Below, in pieces: positions 1-16,318 of a stretch of DNA of 64,000 nt (position 1 is the stretch's first letter; every line of letters starts with the position of its first letter). The DNA lies in assembly GCF_009914755.1 (NCBI RefSeq), contig NC_060931.1; one strand, 5' to 3'. Both the position numbers and the translations under genes were made by a program. The notes under the pieces were generated by a model. That model was not told the origin of the DNA. It was given only the letters and a program-made list of their open reading frames with translations, and did not search any database. The DNA comes from the human T2T-CHM13v2.0 reference genome, Homo sapiens.

Positions 1-205
1 TGTCTACCTGGAATAGTTATAAAACATGAAGGAGTTGGAAGGAAAATAGAAATAGTGCCATCATTAGCTATGTCTAATTGACACCTTCTGGGACAGTGAC
101 CAATGCACACCTCTACATGCAGGCCTTGGGTCAGTGTTGGTTTAAGCAGCTAAATCTCTCAGTGGCTTTGCCCAGCTGCCTACTCCATCTCTGTACTTGC
201 TATGA

Positions 206-1585
<1,380 letters not shown>

Positions 1586-1604
1586 CAGAAGGTGTGTTGT
1601 TTTT

Positions 1605-2250
1605 CTTTTACACTGTTGGTGGGACTGTAAACTAGTTCAACCATTGTGGAAGTCAGTGTGGCGATTCCTCAGGGATCTAGAACTAGAAATACCATTTGAC
1701 CCAGCCATCCCATTACTGGGTATATAACCAAAGGATTATAAATCATGCTGCTATAAAGACACATGCACACGTATGTTTATTGCGGCACTATTCACAATAG
1801 CAGAGACTTGGAACCAACACAAATGTCCAACAATGATAGACTGGATTAAGAAAATGTGGCACGTATACACCATGGAATACTATGCAGCCATAAAAAATAT
1901 TGAGTTCATGTCCTTTTTAGGGACATGGATGAAGCTGGAAACCATCATTCTCAGCAAACTATCGCAAGGACAAAAAAACCAAACACCACATGTTCTCACT
2001 CATAGGTGGGAATTGAACAATGAGAACACATGGACACAGGAAGGGGAACATCACACACCGGGGCGTGTTGTGGGGTGGGGGGAGGGGGCAGGTATAGCAT
2101 TAGGAGATATACCTAATGTTAAAAGACTAGTTGATGGGTGCAGCACACCAACATGGCACATGTATACATATGTAACAAACCTGCACATTGTGCACATGTA
2201 CCCTAAAACTTAAAGTATAATAAAAAAAAAATTCACACCCCCCCAAAAAA
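1605..2250 (+). mobile_element. 5'-truncated L1PA (about PA3-PA5), ORF2 C-terminus plus 3' UTR
   Basis: ORF2 end peptides (HCWWDCKLVQPLWKSVWRFLRDL; MFIAALFTIA), G-rich 3' UTR tract, cctaaaacttaaagtataataaaa end; perfect 16-bp TSD aaggtgtgttgttttt at 1589-1604 and 2251-2266; lacks the L1HS-Ta ACA diagnostic. Confidence 0.95.
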
Positions 2251-4335
2251 AAGGTGTGTTGTTTTTGTTTACAAGCTTCTGTCTTCTAGGAATCTGGGAT
2301 TGAGAATCAGAATGAATCAGCCTCAGCCAATCACAGCGCCATGGAAGACAAGTCCACGTGGAGCTCTGGGAATGAGTTTCCTGCATGACAGGAAGACGTG
2401 GAGAAAGCAAGCTGAGAAACCCACGTGGAAAGAGACACAGATCCAGAAATGGAGAGACAGAGCGAGAGGCACACACCTAGATGGAGACTCAGAGAGAGGC
2501 AGACATTCTCCTGCCTGCCTTGGGATTTTTCCTTATGAGGTCTCAGGATGCTCACACAAATCCCCTTTTAGCCTGGGCTAGGCTGAGGGCATTTCCATTA
2601 CCTGAAATGGAAATCCGTCATTGGCCTGGTTGGAGACAGAGACAGACAATGGGAAGAAAGGCACTCTAGCAATTAAGCAAAGAATATACACCTTGAATCA
2701 ATGCTTGGAACTGACCCAGTGGCAAATTTCAGGAGCTGGGCCATGAATCTTCCCCATGACTTCATTTGCCTGTTACCTGTATTTGGCTTTGGAAGGCACT
2801 TCCCTGGTCTAAGGTCTCTTGAACCATCTTCATGTTGGATTGTGGCTGTGGGTCAGAGCAAGGCCAAGGCTCTGACTGGCTCAGACACCTGTCATTTAAC
2901 AGCAGAGTTAAATATAAGCCCTGGAACATGCTTTCTGTCTTTGCAGCTGCAGCACATGCAGAAACTGTCCAGGGCAATGATGAATTTCAAGTTTCTTCCT
3001 TTGAAGGACAGGGCCCGGCTAATGTGACACATCCTTCCTGAAAATGATGTGTTTCTAGGTTTCTGGCTTAAGGGTATGTGATTTCTGAAGGGTAAACATG
3101 GCCTTAAAAGGGGAAAATTTGTTCTGCTTAACTATGCAGAGAATTCCCAGTAGTTTCTTTAATTTGGTTTTCTGAATAGGGCACATTTGCATTCACTGAC
3201 TTGTGGCTTTTTAGACTAGCAAATGCATCTCTCTCTTCTCTGTGTTTTATTAAATGATTAGGTGGTCTCCAAGCTACACTAACATTAGCCAGTACCCTTG
3301 AGATTTGGAGGCAAGTCCATCTAGCCAGTTTGTTTCTTTTTCTTTATATTTTCCCTCCCACATCTTTTTTCATTTTAAATCCTTTCTGTCAAGTAAGGAC
3401 TGGGGCTCACAAATGTGTGTGTGCACATGTGTGTGCATACAACATGCAATGCAACAGGGTGGGAATAGGAGAGGAGAAAGGAAAAGTATATTAAATCTTG
3501 CTTAGGATAAAAAGATTGCCTTGGTCTCCAGCTCAAATTAGGAAAAGGGAAGGCGGTGGATGTTTTTGTTATTTTACAACTTAATTTTTTATTCTTAGCA
3601 CATCACATAATACCCGGTGTTAGTGACACATGTGACCAAATGGCTGCTCCCCCATCAGTGAGGACAGGCAGTTCTGAGCAGGGAGTCTGTCATTGCCATG
3701 GTCACGTGGCCCATGGACCCCCCGCCCCTGGATGAGTGAGGCTGAGACGGGTGCTGCTGGGGAATTCCCATTCAGACTGCTCAAGCGAGTGAACACAGGA
3801 CAGGGAAATTCTCCATACTCCAGCAGCAAGCCAGGATATTTAGGTTCACCTAAAACACCCTCTGTGTTTGGACATTTTGTTTGTTTCAATAATTTCCAAC
3901 TATAAATACGGCAGGCCAGGAATCGTTGGTTGGGAATGAATTGTAAGTAAAGGGTTGAAGCTGCCTCCAAAGAACTCTGAAATTTGACAGAATTTCCTAA
4001 AAATGCAATAAAGGTTACAAAATAACCCCACAATGGGCTAAAATTGTGAATGAGCAAGACAATAATTTTCAATCAAATGACATTTGCATCCACATTGTCC
4101 TTTTGATCCATTTAGGTCATTTTCTTAGAGGTAGAAATCCTGGCTTTGAGACACAATTTTCCCACCCAGCTTGGGCAAGTTGCAACATTTCTAAGCCTCC
4201 TTTTTCTGAAATATCTACTTCACCTGGTTGGTAGAAGCATTTGATGATACAATACATATGAAAGTGTTTCACAAACTGTGAACCATGAAGATATTATTAT
4301 TTCTCCTCCAAGCTACTAGGAACTATTTTCAGCAA

Positions 4336-5165
<830 letters not shown>

Positions 5166-6202
5166 GGAGAGTGTGGTTTGGAATTTAGATGCACTCATTG
5201 TTTAAAAAAGAATGTAATTTTCTCTGCCCTAGAAAACTTGGTGGTCACAGAAGGATAGGAGGATACTGGCAGCTTGGAAGGCTGAAGGAAGAGGCTTCAT
5301 GGGAGAATGAGACCTAAGGAATCTCTAGTCCCTAGGTACCTGGAAATCCATACACATCCCCCTGACCAACCAAAGTCCCAGTTAGGAAAAAGTGGATATT
5401 GCCTACAATATGCGCCCCTAAACCCCTGCCCCCAGCGCCTTCTCCCTCTACCCGGACCACAGACCGTTCCAGGTGTCCCAGAGCCACTTGGGACCATGTG
5501 AACTCAATGAACAAGTGAGCAGGTTCTTCTTGTGAGTTTCAAATGAATGTATGGCAGGACCATCTTCAGACCTGTTGAGACCTGTTGAAAATCTCAACAT
5601 CCTGCTAAGTTATGCTGCCAGGAAAGAGACTGGCCCAACTGGATGGCTGTGGCCCCTTCGGTAGAACTTTCTGTCACTCGTTTCAGGCTTGGCATGAAGC
5701 ACAGCTGCAATGTTTTGCCACTTTTCCTTGAACTTTGTTACCTTTTCGTTTAATGATTGCCAACCTCATGGGCACTCCACGGTGCATGGAGTCGGGTATG
5801 GAGGAGTGAGGTGGGTGCAAAAATAAGTCAAAATATCTCTATCCTCAAGGGCTTTATGGTCTAGCAGAGGAGGTGAATATATAAGCAACAAATTATGAGC
5901 CAAGACAAGATGAAAAAAATGCTAAATGGGCTCTGAATCTGAAATGACACAGAGTAGGATCTTTGATCTCAATCTCCTGACTAAATCCAGAAATACATCA
6001 GTCCCTCCATAACGACTCAATACTTATGTCAGTAGTTTGAGAAAGGAGTTTAAAATATCAACTGATGAAGAGACTCTTCATGTTTAACTCCCTGCAAATA
6101 TTTTTCTGAACAGATATGACTATTTTCTAGTATATGTAATCAATACTGTTTTCAAATAGCTTCTGTGAAATTTGCTAGAAAGATTCACCTAGAATGGTCC
6201 TA

Positions 6203-6548
<346 letters not shown>

Positions 6549-6563
6549 TTAAAAATTCAGGCC

Positions 6564-6847
6564 TGGGAGGCCAAGGCGGATAGATCACTTAAGCCAAGGA
6601 GTTTGAGACCAGCCTGGGCAACATGGTGAAACCTTATCTCAAAAAAAAAAAAAAGAAAAGAAAATTAGCCGGGCTTGATGGCACACACCTGTAGCCTGTA
6701 GCCTCACCTACTTGAGAGTCCGAGGCATAAGAATCACTTGAGCCCAGGAGGCAGAGGTTGCAGTGAGCAGAGATAGTGCCATTGCACCCAGTCTGGGTGA
6801 CTGCAGTAAAACCCTGTCCCAATAATAAATAAATAATAATAAAAAAA
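6564..6847 (+). mobile_element. Alu (AluJ/old S-like), 5' end missing, expanded mid-A linker
   Basis: tgggaggccaaggcggatagatcactt..., long A linker about 6640-6664, (AAT)-rich tail. Confidence 0.9.
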
Positions 6848-7044
6848 TTTTAGGTCTGTGTCTTTTTTTTTGTTTTTCACATCAGGGTCCAACCACAGAA
6901 AATTGGGGACAGTGCCAAAATGGGACTATCCAAATGCGCTTCCGTGTGCGCCTCAAGTCTGTATTCTCTTTACCTCTCAGCAGTGAAAACTTCATGCCCC
7001 CTAGAATGCTGTCAAGGGGAGGTGCTGCTGGCAGGGAGTGCAAC

Positions 7045-7432
7045 TGCCCAGGCTGGCTTCTCTGGAAGCAGTGGCTGAGATAAGAGTCTGGGCTTCAAAT
7101 GTGTATTAGGAATTAACCTCCGTAAAAAGAAGGAGGGGTACTGGGCAGAGGAAGGAGCTGAACCTAGATGATGCTGGCCTCAGAAAACCCAGGCCACTCG
7201 GGAGAGCCATGGAGCTAGGGCTGCACCATGATAGCTGGCCTTGTATCCTGGCCCTGCTCAGCCACCAGGCACAGCTGCCCTGGGAAATTGTGACCTCCAG
7301 CGAGGGAGCAGCTCTCTACAGCTGAGGCTGACCTTGAAGTTGCGGACAGCTAGAGGCTGTCTGCTGACCACACTTCCCAGGGCTGGGCTACAAGTCCTTC
7401 CTTGACCTTGTGGCACATCTTTGTGTCGATCA
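7045..7432 (-). mobile_element. ERVL solo LTR (LTR16-like)
   Basis: ggctggcttctctggaagcagtggctgagataagagt... resembles the reverse LTR16 3' end; similar to copies at 22.6, 26.8 and 61.3 kb. Confidence 0.55.
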
Positions 7433-8351
7433 CAGGAATGACCACGGGGGGCCTCAGAGGTCTCTGCTCCCTGAGCTGCTGCCTCTTGCAGTGTACAGGT
7501 AGATGATATTCAAGGTTTATGTGCTCGATGCTATAGCTGCTCTATGGTTTCTCTGGATGCACCCTGAAGCTACTTGTTCCAGGGTATGCTAGGACCAGGA
7601 CAGCCCCACATACATGGGAATACTTTTCCGGAATTGCCATGTTAAATTCAAATGATTTCCTTTCTTTCATCAATATGAATCTCTGCTGATCACCTTCAAA
7701 CTCCCTCCCGCATGCTTAAATGGAGGCTGTTCATTCAAGGACAATACATCAGTAAGATTTTGTTTATATCCAAACTCTAACATCACAAGAAACATTCTCA
7801 GGGTGCCCACCCCATGGGGGGATTGTATAATCAACTCACATTCATTAATGTAGTATGTGCTGACTTAAAACCCAACGGGAATTTAATGTAACTTATATTA
7901 TGCACCTGTTGTGTATTGGGTAAGGTACAGTGTTCTGTTCCCTGGAATGTAGAATGCATGTAATTACCCTCTTCCAAGTTAACAAACAACCCCAGGTAAA
8001 GTTAAATAATCAACAGAGTGAACCAAGGATTATGCATTAAAATAATTTTGGTGTTTTGCTGATCATATGCCCAGTGGGGTTTGGAAGGTTGCACAATGGC
8101 ATATTGCTAAACATTCCAATGCCACATTACCACAAAAACACAAAACACAAAAACGTCACAAGGTCCAGAAAGACTCCTCGTGTGGACTTTGCTTCTTTAT
8201 TTGCCAGGAAGCAGTTTGGCCCGAGCAGTTCTTTTTTGACTGTAGGAAGTTGAGGGCAAAGTAAATCTGGCAGACAATGAGCCCTGGGCCAAGCTGCACT
8301 CTTAGGATAAGACAGGCTGTGAAGAGGGCCCTGTGGCCAACTTCCCGATGA

Positions 8352-8816
<465 letters not shown>

Positions 8817-9486
8817 TGATAAGACTAGGTGGATCTACTCTCTTCCTACATTAAACGGGAAGTTGATATAATCACTGAAGCTGCTATAAGCTTCTTTGAA
8901 TAGCAGAGCGTAGACCTGGTGAGACAGACCAATGCCTTCAGATCTGAGCTTAACAGAGCCTGCCTATGATGACTAGTGACAGGTGCTTGCACACTATTTT
9001 CCACAGGCCCATCTGGACTGCACACACTCAACGGATGCCAATTACATAACGATCATACACAGCTGGGAATAGACCCACTTGTACAAAATGGATCCAGTGG
9101 TAATGGTGTCTCCCCATTCTCACCTTCATAGCGATGCTTTCAGAAATTCATTAAAGTTTGTTGAGTTTTGATAGTTGAAACTTAAAAAACAACAATGCGT
9201 ACAACATTTCATTTACAGTTTCAAGGTTTCCCAGAGTTTAAAAGAGTTCTGAATAACTTTAATTGCCAAAGTGTTACAACTCAAAAATAGACCTAGCAAA
9301 TTTGCTTGGCAGTAAGAATGCTGCTAATTTGACATATGCCCATACATTTTTGAGAGACAAATGTATTTTTAATCCATTTAGGTGCCAGGGGTACTCCAAG
9401 CCTGCACATGTTTGAAGTAAGGACAATCCCTATAGGTCAGTGTCCTCATTCATCAGAGGACGGTGGTCTCACCCCAGCTGATTTGA

Positions 9487-9612
<126 letters not shown>

Positions 9613-9934
9613 TGACTCTTCAGGCACACAGTTTGATGCTTAACCATAGCATCAAATACTTGTTCTCCAATGGTTATCAGGGTGTGTAAACTGACTCAAT
9701 AGCTCTCAAAAACTTAGCTGAGAGAAAGACTATACTTATGGAAGTTTGCCCCTAGTGTATGCATCAGAGATAGCTCATTAAGTACTCTAAATTTACCCCT
9801 GGCTTGAGGCAGATCAAAACAGCCTCACATTTTGGCCCCATTATTTTGGACTATGCTCGGTGTTAGGATTTTTCTGAACTCTGAGACATTGTGGAGAACA
9901 GGAGCCCCAGGAGACTGTATTTTGCCATAGAGGT

Positions 9935-10142
9935 GTGTACGGTGAAGAATTAACTTTATCCCAACATAGATCCAGACTTATCCCAGCTCCTGGAAGGGAG
10001 CCTCTAAACCTTTGGAATTCCTCAAGTGATCCGAGTGTCTTAGTCATTCATGGTAGACCCCCAGGACCACATCTGATTGTTTATGCTAACCATTTGACTC
10101 TGGGAGAGTTAGCCTTGCCAGAAAGACCAACCATATGATTAG
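9935..10142 (+). mobile_element. LTR fragment (MER21/MER68/MER77-like)
   Basis: tgtacggtgaagaattaac...tttatgctaac...agaaagaccaaccatatgattag resembles this LTR group from memory. Confidence 0.45.
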
Positions 10143-10264
10143 CCAGGAACAAGACAGAGTCTTGATTGGAGGGCAAACTGTGTGGCACACTCAATTAAAC
10201 GAAAAGGTGGCAGATTGTAAGGGGGCTTTTCAGGAAACTCCTCCAACAGCAGAGCTCAATGGGA

Positions 10265-10460
10265 ACAACGTGGGATTTTAAAGCCAGACCTGGGTTCACA
10301 ACTCTAGTTAATGCTTCTTACGAGTGGTGTGATCTTGGGCGGGACTCTGGAGCTTCCATCTTCTCATCTGTAAAATGGGGATGGTAATATTAGGGTCACT
10401 GTGGGATCAAATGAGATCAGGTGGGGATGGCTCCCAGTGCAGCCTGACACGTGGTAGGAA
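10265..10460 (+). mobile_element. MIR SINE
   Basis: cagacctgggttc...tgtgatcttgggc...ttctcatctgtaaaatggggatggtaat core. Confidence 0.85.
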
Positions 10461-10600
10461 GTTAGTTCTCTTGGAAACTAGAATAACATGCCACCACCAC
10501 CTGGTGGCAAGATTTGGAATTGCAAACAAAAGTCTCCAGAAGAAAGCAGTTTTAAGATGGCTTGCCTTCTACATTCAACTTGATTAAATAACAGCAAGTA

Positions 10601-10918
<318 letters not shown>

Positions 10919-12426
10919 ACAGCAAGTATAAAGATGGATACAAACTGGGGAAATTGGATAAAGAGGCAAGGACGGGGAGGGATTCTACTCAGGGAGAGTA
11001 GCGTGATCAAAAACACAGAGATTGGAACTATTATGCTGAATTTCAGGTTGGAGGTGTACAGTAAGGAGACAAGAGGAGATTTGGCGTTTCTCACGTTCTC
11101 ATAAATTCTGCACAAGTAGACAATGTACAGGGACACTGCCTGACCCAAGGGTGTGGCCTTGTACGACATGACCCCTATATCTAGGCTTTAGAAATCCTTA
11201 GCTTTTCCAGTTACACAGAAAAGTGCTTTTTTTTGTGGTTGCCCAAGGAGAATGCTATAGTCATTCTAGCAATGGTTGTCAAGGCCTCCACTAAGGGTGG
11301 GGGGTGTGCTGATGGTCTGTGGATTCTGCAGGAGCTGCACTGGGAGTATAGATATCTCCAGTCCTGATAACTGAGCAACTATATTTGTCTACTCCTGTCT
11401 TCACTGGTTGGTCAGGGACCAACCGGATGGTTCCTGATTCCCCTCAGTGGAAACCCAAAGGGGTCATTGGGAAAATCCTGGGGTATACACAGTGGATATC
11501 CCGTAACTTCAAACAGAATCATGAATTCATGCCGCTTGAGGGTTTGATTGACGGAAAGTGACTAATATCACCTACAGGGTAGTTCTGGGCTCTGCAGCAT
11601 TCTCTGAGTAAAAGACAGCATGCACCATACACCATGCACTAAAGGTCCTTGTGCATTGCTCACTGCTTTGCAAAGACTTCTGCTTCCCAGAGACATTGGG
11701 CATGGCTAGGGTGGATGGTTTTCCTTTACTGTCTCCCCTGTGCCAGCAGGCTAGCTGAGGCAATGTGACCTAAACAGTTATTGCTGTGTGATGCTTGCTG
11801 TTCATAACTGGAACTAACCCCAACCTTGGACTCATCACCCTGTGTTCTAAAGACATGAGATCACTCACTTAGAGGGAAATGTTAAATAAATGCACTCATG
11901 CATGTGTGCACCCACCTGTACACATGCACACAAAGAGACCTTGGAAAGCCACAGAGAAATGGACTAAGATAAGTAAAGTAGCTTTGTTTGAACTTAGCAC
12001 AGCTGGCAGGTTCTAGGCATGGCGGATAAGCAGGGACAGCCAGAAGGACTTGGCAATCTTCTTATCCCTCCTCCAGGGTGCAGCCCCTTTCTCTTATCTT
12101 TTTTCCACAGAAAGCCAAGAGGGCTTCAGAGGAGGTCCCTCCTGCCCAGAACATTTCAGACTTTTAAATGATGCCTTCTTGGTGAGCTAAAGAGGTGGCC
12201 ACATGTGCTGCCAGCTGTCTCTGGTCCTAGTAAATCCAGTCTGAGCCTGGGGTGATCAAGGCCACGTGCAACAAAACCTCAGCTAATATGTCGTGACCTG
12301 GCATAGTCCTGGCAAACAGACCTTTGGGCCTGTGTGGGTCACTGGCAGAGGGTCTTGGCGAGCTGGGGCCTCTGCTGACCTTGGCCGCTGTTTGGTCTAA
12401 GAGAGCTGAGAGCCCCAGGCTTGTAG

Positions 12427-13150
12427 GTTTTTTTCCTTTATTGTGGTAAAATATATATAACATAAAATTCACCATTTTAGCCATTTTCAGCATACAATTT
12501 AGTAGCATTAGGTACATTCACAATGCTGTGCAGTTATCATCACTATCCATTTCCAGAGCTATTTTCATCTTCTCAAACTGAAATTCTGCTCCTATTAAGC
12601 AGAAACTCCCCTCATTCCTGCTTCCCCACAACCCCGGGAAACTCCATTGTACTTTCTGTCTCTTAAGGGTTTGCCTATTCTGAGGATGCCATATGAATGG
12701 TATCATGCAATATTTGTCTGTTTGTGATTGGCTTATTTCATTTAGCATAACATCTTCAAGTTTCATCCATGTTGTAGCATGTGTCAGAATGTCATTACTT
12801 ACTGAGGCTGAATCCTCTTCCATTGTTTGTATATATCACATTTTGTTTATCCATTCTTCTATTAATGGACATTTGGTTTTTTCCCACCTTTTAGCTAATG
12901 TGAATAACGCTGTACAAGTATCTATTTGATCCCCTGCTTTCAATTCTTTGGGGTCCATACAGGACTGCTTGATCATATGGTAATTTTAGGTCTCACTTTT
13001 TTGAGAAACGGATACAGTGTTTTCCATCTGCAGAGGCTGCAACATTTTACATTCTCACAAGCAATATATGAGGATTTCAATTTCTCTACATCCTTGCCAA
13101 CATTTATTTTCTGTTGTTGTTTTTCTAATAACTGTCCTAAGTGTGTGAGG
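12427..13150 (-). mobile_element. L1MB-like LINE 3' portion
   Basis: tttattgtggtaaaatatatataacataaaattcaccatttt...; minus-strand ORF 12518-12823 (ILTHATTWMKLEDVMLNEISQSQ) is a degenerate L1 ORF2 end. Confidence 0.88.
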
Positions 13151-13303
13151 TTTGTGGGTTTTTATTCTTTCCCCCTTGTCTCTTTCTCAGTGTCTCAGAT
13201 TTCAGGAGAACTGTGACCCATGCAGGGGGTTTGAGTCCCGGTGAAAGTGGAGACCCTGTCATCCTGAGAATCATCCCCAGGGGGAAACCATCTTTTTCTA
13301 AGG

Positions 13304-14025
13304 CGGAATTTCTCAACGGTGGAACTACTGACATTTTGGACCAGGTACTTCTTTCTCGTCCTGTGCACTGTAGCAGCGGTCCCCAACCTTTTTGGCACCA
13401 GGGATCAGTTTTGGGGAAGACAATTTTTCCGTGGACCAGTGGGGCGGGATGGTTTTGGGATGATTCAAGCGCACTGCATTTATTGTACACTTTCTTTGTA
13501 TTGTTATTACATTGTCATGTATAATGAAATAATTATACAACTCACCACAATGTAGAATCAGTGGGAGCCCTAAGCTTGTTTTCCTGCAACTAGATGGTCC
13601 CATCCGGGGGTGATTGGGAGACGGTGATAGATCATCAGGCATTAGAGTCTCATAAGGAGCGTGCAGCCTAGATCCCTTGCATGTGCAGTTCATAACCGCG
13701 TTCATGATCCTGTGAGAATATGAGAATCTAATGCCACGGCTGATCTGATAGGAGATGGAGCTCAGGCAGTAATGCAAGTGATGGGGAGTGGCTGCAAATA
13801 CAGATGAAGCTTCGCAGCCTCGCCCACTGCTCACCTCCTGCTATGTGGCCCAGTTCTGGTCCATAGCCTGTTAGGTACCATGGTACCTGAGGACCCCTGC
13901 ACTGTAAGATGTTTAGCAGCATCACTGGCCTCTACACACCAGATGCACACCTGCCCAGTCATGATAATCAAACGTGTCTCCAGACATTGCCAAATGCCAT
14001 ACCAGCCCCCAGCTGAGGACCACTG
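13304..14025. mobile_element. MER20 (hAT-Charlie MITE), split by MER1A
   Basis: tttctcaac...actgacattttgg...ctgtgcactgtag | gatgtttagcagcatc...tgtctccagacattgccaaatg...accactg; 8-bp TSD ttctaagg (13296-13303)/ttctaagt (14026-14033). Confidence 0.88.
13374..13899. mobile_element. MER1A (hAT-Charlie), about 526 bp
   Basis: TIRs cagcggtcccc.../...ggacccctg; 8-bp TSD cactgtag (13366-13373)/cactgtaa (13900-13907). Confidence 0.92.
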
Positions 14026-14282
14026 TTCTAAGTCCTGACTAGCTAGAGTCAGCTCAGCATATCAAGAGGAAGGGGCTGTCCCAGATCCCGGGAGCTAAGC
14101 TTTATGTGCTCCAGTTCCAATTTCCTCAGCATCTCAGTTTAGTTTAGTGTCTTCCCTCCATCATCTAAAAGTTGAGTTCAAATAGAGCTAATTTGTTGCC
14201 AGGGCACAGAAGACTGGAGTAAATGTTTGTGCAGTACCAGTAGGGGGGCACTGTTGATCAAGAAAGGCTCAGGATGGAAGGG

Positions 14283-14326
14283 GTGTGTATGTGTACATGT
14301 ATGTGTGTGTGTGTGTGTGTGTGTGT
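14283..14326. repeat. (TG)n microsatellite
   Basis: Direct reading. Confidence 0.95.
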
Positions 14327-15599
14327 TTGCGGGCTTGAGAGGGGAAGCTTTAAATGAGCAGTTGGTGCTCAAAACACTCAGGTTCTTATACCTTAAAACT
14401 ACTGATAATCCAACACCAGCCTCACCCCATCCATGCTCCCCATACTGGCATCAACCACACTCTTTTCATGGTACAGGCTGTCTTTCTGTGACATCTGCCT
14501 CCCTTCAAGGCTGATCTTGAAGCCCACAGTGAAATTTCACCAATGGAATAGAAATGCTCAATCTAAAATACCTCAGGAGCATTTTCCCTCAACCCTACCA
14601 AGTCTACAGACCTCCTAGATATACAGCCCCGACCACACTGTCTGATTTCGAAGGACGGTAGCACCAGATGTTCCACATCTGTCTGCAGCCATGTGCTTTA
14701 CTGACAATCAGGATCCATTTCCACCCCCTGCTGATCTCCCCTCAACATTGCAAGAGAGGAGAGGCCCCAAACTGCCCTCCCATATTTCTTAGAGTCGGGA
14801 TCCTGGTACAGTTGAGATGGTGCCATTGAGCTGAATTTGCTGGAGCAATAGAGAAGCAGGCAGAGGCCATCTGCCTACACTGTGGCTGTTGGAAGCAAGG
14901 TCAGTCAGTGACGAATGTTTGTGGTGGCTCAACTCCATGTCTAGGTGTCTGGTCCTCACTTCAGTGGTGTGAGGCAATTGCGTGGTGCCTCACACGATTG
15001 TGTGATGTAATAACAGTTCCCTGAGTTATGGATCACAGCTAGGGTAATTTGATCTAGAAACCAATCATCCAAAGGTGACCGCTTTGCTTCTGCTTGCCCA
15101 GTGATTATAGGGGTGCCTGATTCCCTATCTTCAATCCCTTTCAGCTAGAGTCCTTCTATTTCTTGCATCAGCCCCTGGCTGACGCAATACTGTTTGCTCA
15201 CACACACATACACACATCCTAACATGGCCCAATCTCCCTTCTCATGCTGCTTATTCAAATTTGGGAATTAGTTATTGATCTGAGGGGTAGAATAGGCTAA
15301 GTGCTGCCGGGAGTTGACATCCAAAAGACTCTGTATTGATCTTGTCTCAGGAAAATAGACTCTGACATTCAGGGACAACACCCACAGAACAATACAAAGT
15401 CAATAAGTGAATAAATAGTTGCTAAGTTGTGCTGTGTTGAATACCACCAATGGCTCTAGGCAGTCAAAAGGTATGGGATCGATGGAGTTACTTCATTCAT
15501 ACAGGTTTGACCTAGTCTTGAAGGACAGGTCAACCCTGGGTAGGTGAGGAGAAAGGAAGTGGTAGGCAGGTATGAGAAGGGGCAGAGGCAGAGAGTGCT

Positions 15600-15745
15600 G
15601 TCTGTAAGGGTCAAAATCCTGGATTGATGTCCTCACTCTGCCACCTCTTCTAGTGGGGTCAATGATTTGACCTCTGAGAACCCCATTTACTGCATTTGAA
15701 AAACATGAAAATCCTGCGGGGTCATTGTGATGATCAAATGAGATT
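15600..15745 (+). mobile_element. MIR SINE (degraded)
   Basis: cctggatt...ctctgccac...gacctctgag...tgtgatgatcaaatgagat. Confidence 0.6.
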
Positions 15746-15849
15746 TAAAAAAATCTATCTGAACCTATACACCTGTATCTATCTCTACCTATAGAGATAA
15801 ATATCTATTCTCTGGATATCATAATATGCTGCACAGATAGAGACTAGAT

Positions 15850-16318
15850 CTTCTCTGTTTGCCCCTGGAGACCCAGTGCCTCACTTCTGGGCCCTGCTCT
15901 GACCCTGGGAAGCTGGTGTGAGTGAACAGCCTCCAGGGATTCTCTCATCCTCTCACTTCTGGGTGGGTTCAGCCAGTGGGAGGTTTCCACAGGAGAATGG
16001 AGGGTGAGAGGAAAGAGGTCAGGCTTATTTCCCTGGTTCATCCCTTCCTGCCATACCATGTTCCTCCACCCAAGACCACAGCTTCTGGCCAGAGCTGCCT
16101 GTCCCCTGGAGCTAGAGCTAGATCTCCATCTAGGTTTTGGGAACCGCTTCAGGTCTCAGGCAATAATGGCTCCCACCATTGCTAGTTCTGAGGTCCTGCT
16201 CCATCCCTTGCTGGCTCCCTATACTCTGCCCACACCACTGTACATAGTCCCTGTAATGAATTTTCTTTGAACATCCCTTTGGAATGTGTCTGTTTCTTGC
16301 CATGATTCTGGTTGATAG
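15850..16318 (+). mobile_element. ERVL solo LTR (LTR33-like)
   Basis: ctgcccacaccactgtacatagtccctgtaatgaatt...tctgtttcttgccatgattctggttgataga 3' end; similar in reverse to 51303-51660. Confidence 0.65.

Noticed and set aside
13325-13834. Longest ORF in the track (169 aa)
   Set aside because: It lies within the non-coding MITEs MER1A/MER20 and shows no protein-like features.
14229-14254. CTCF site tgcagtaccagtaggggggcac
   Set aside because: An extra G breaks the core register, and the upstream-like motif overlaps the core rather than being spaced from it.
14600-15185. Possible ancient LTR (also 2280-2600 and a possible hAT relic at 61050-61255)
   Set aside because: The texture is repeat-like, but I could not assign a family or termini with enough support.
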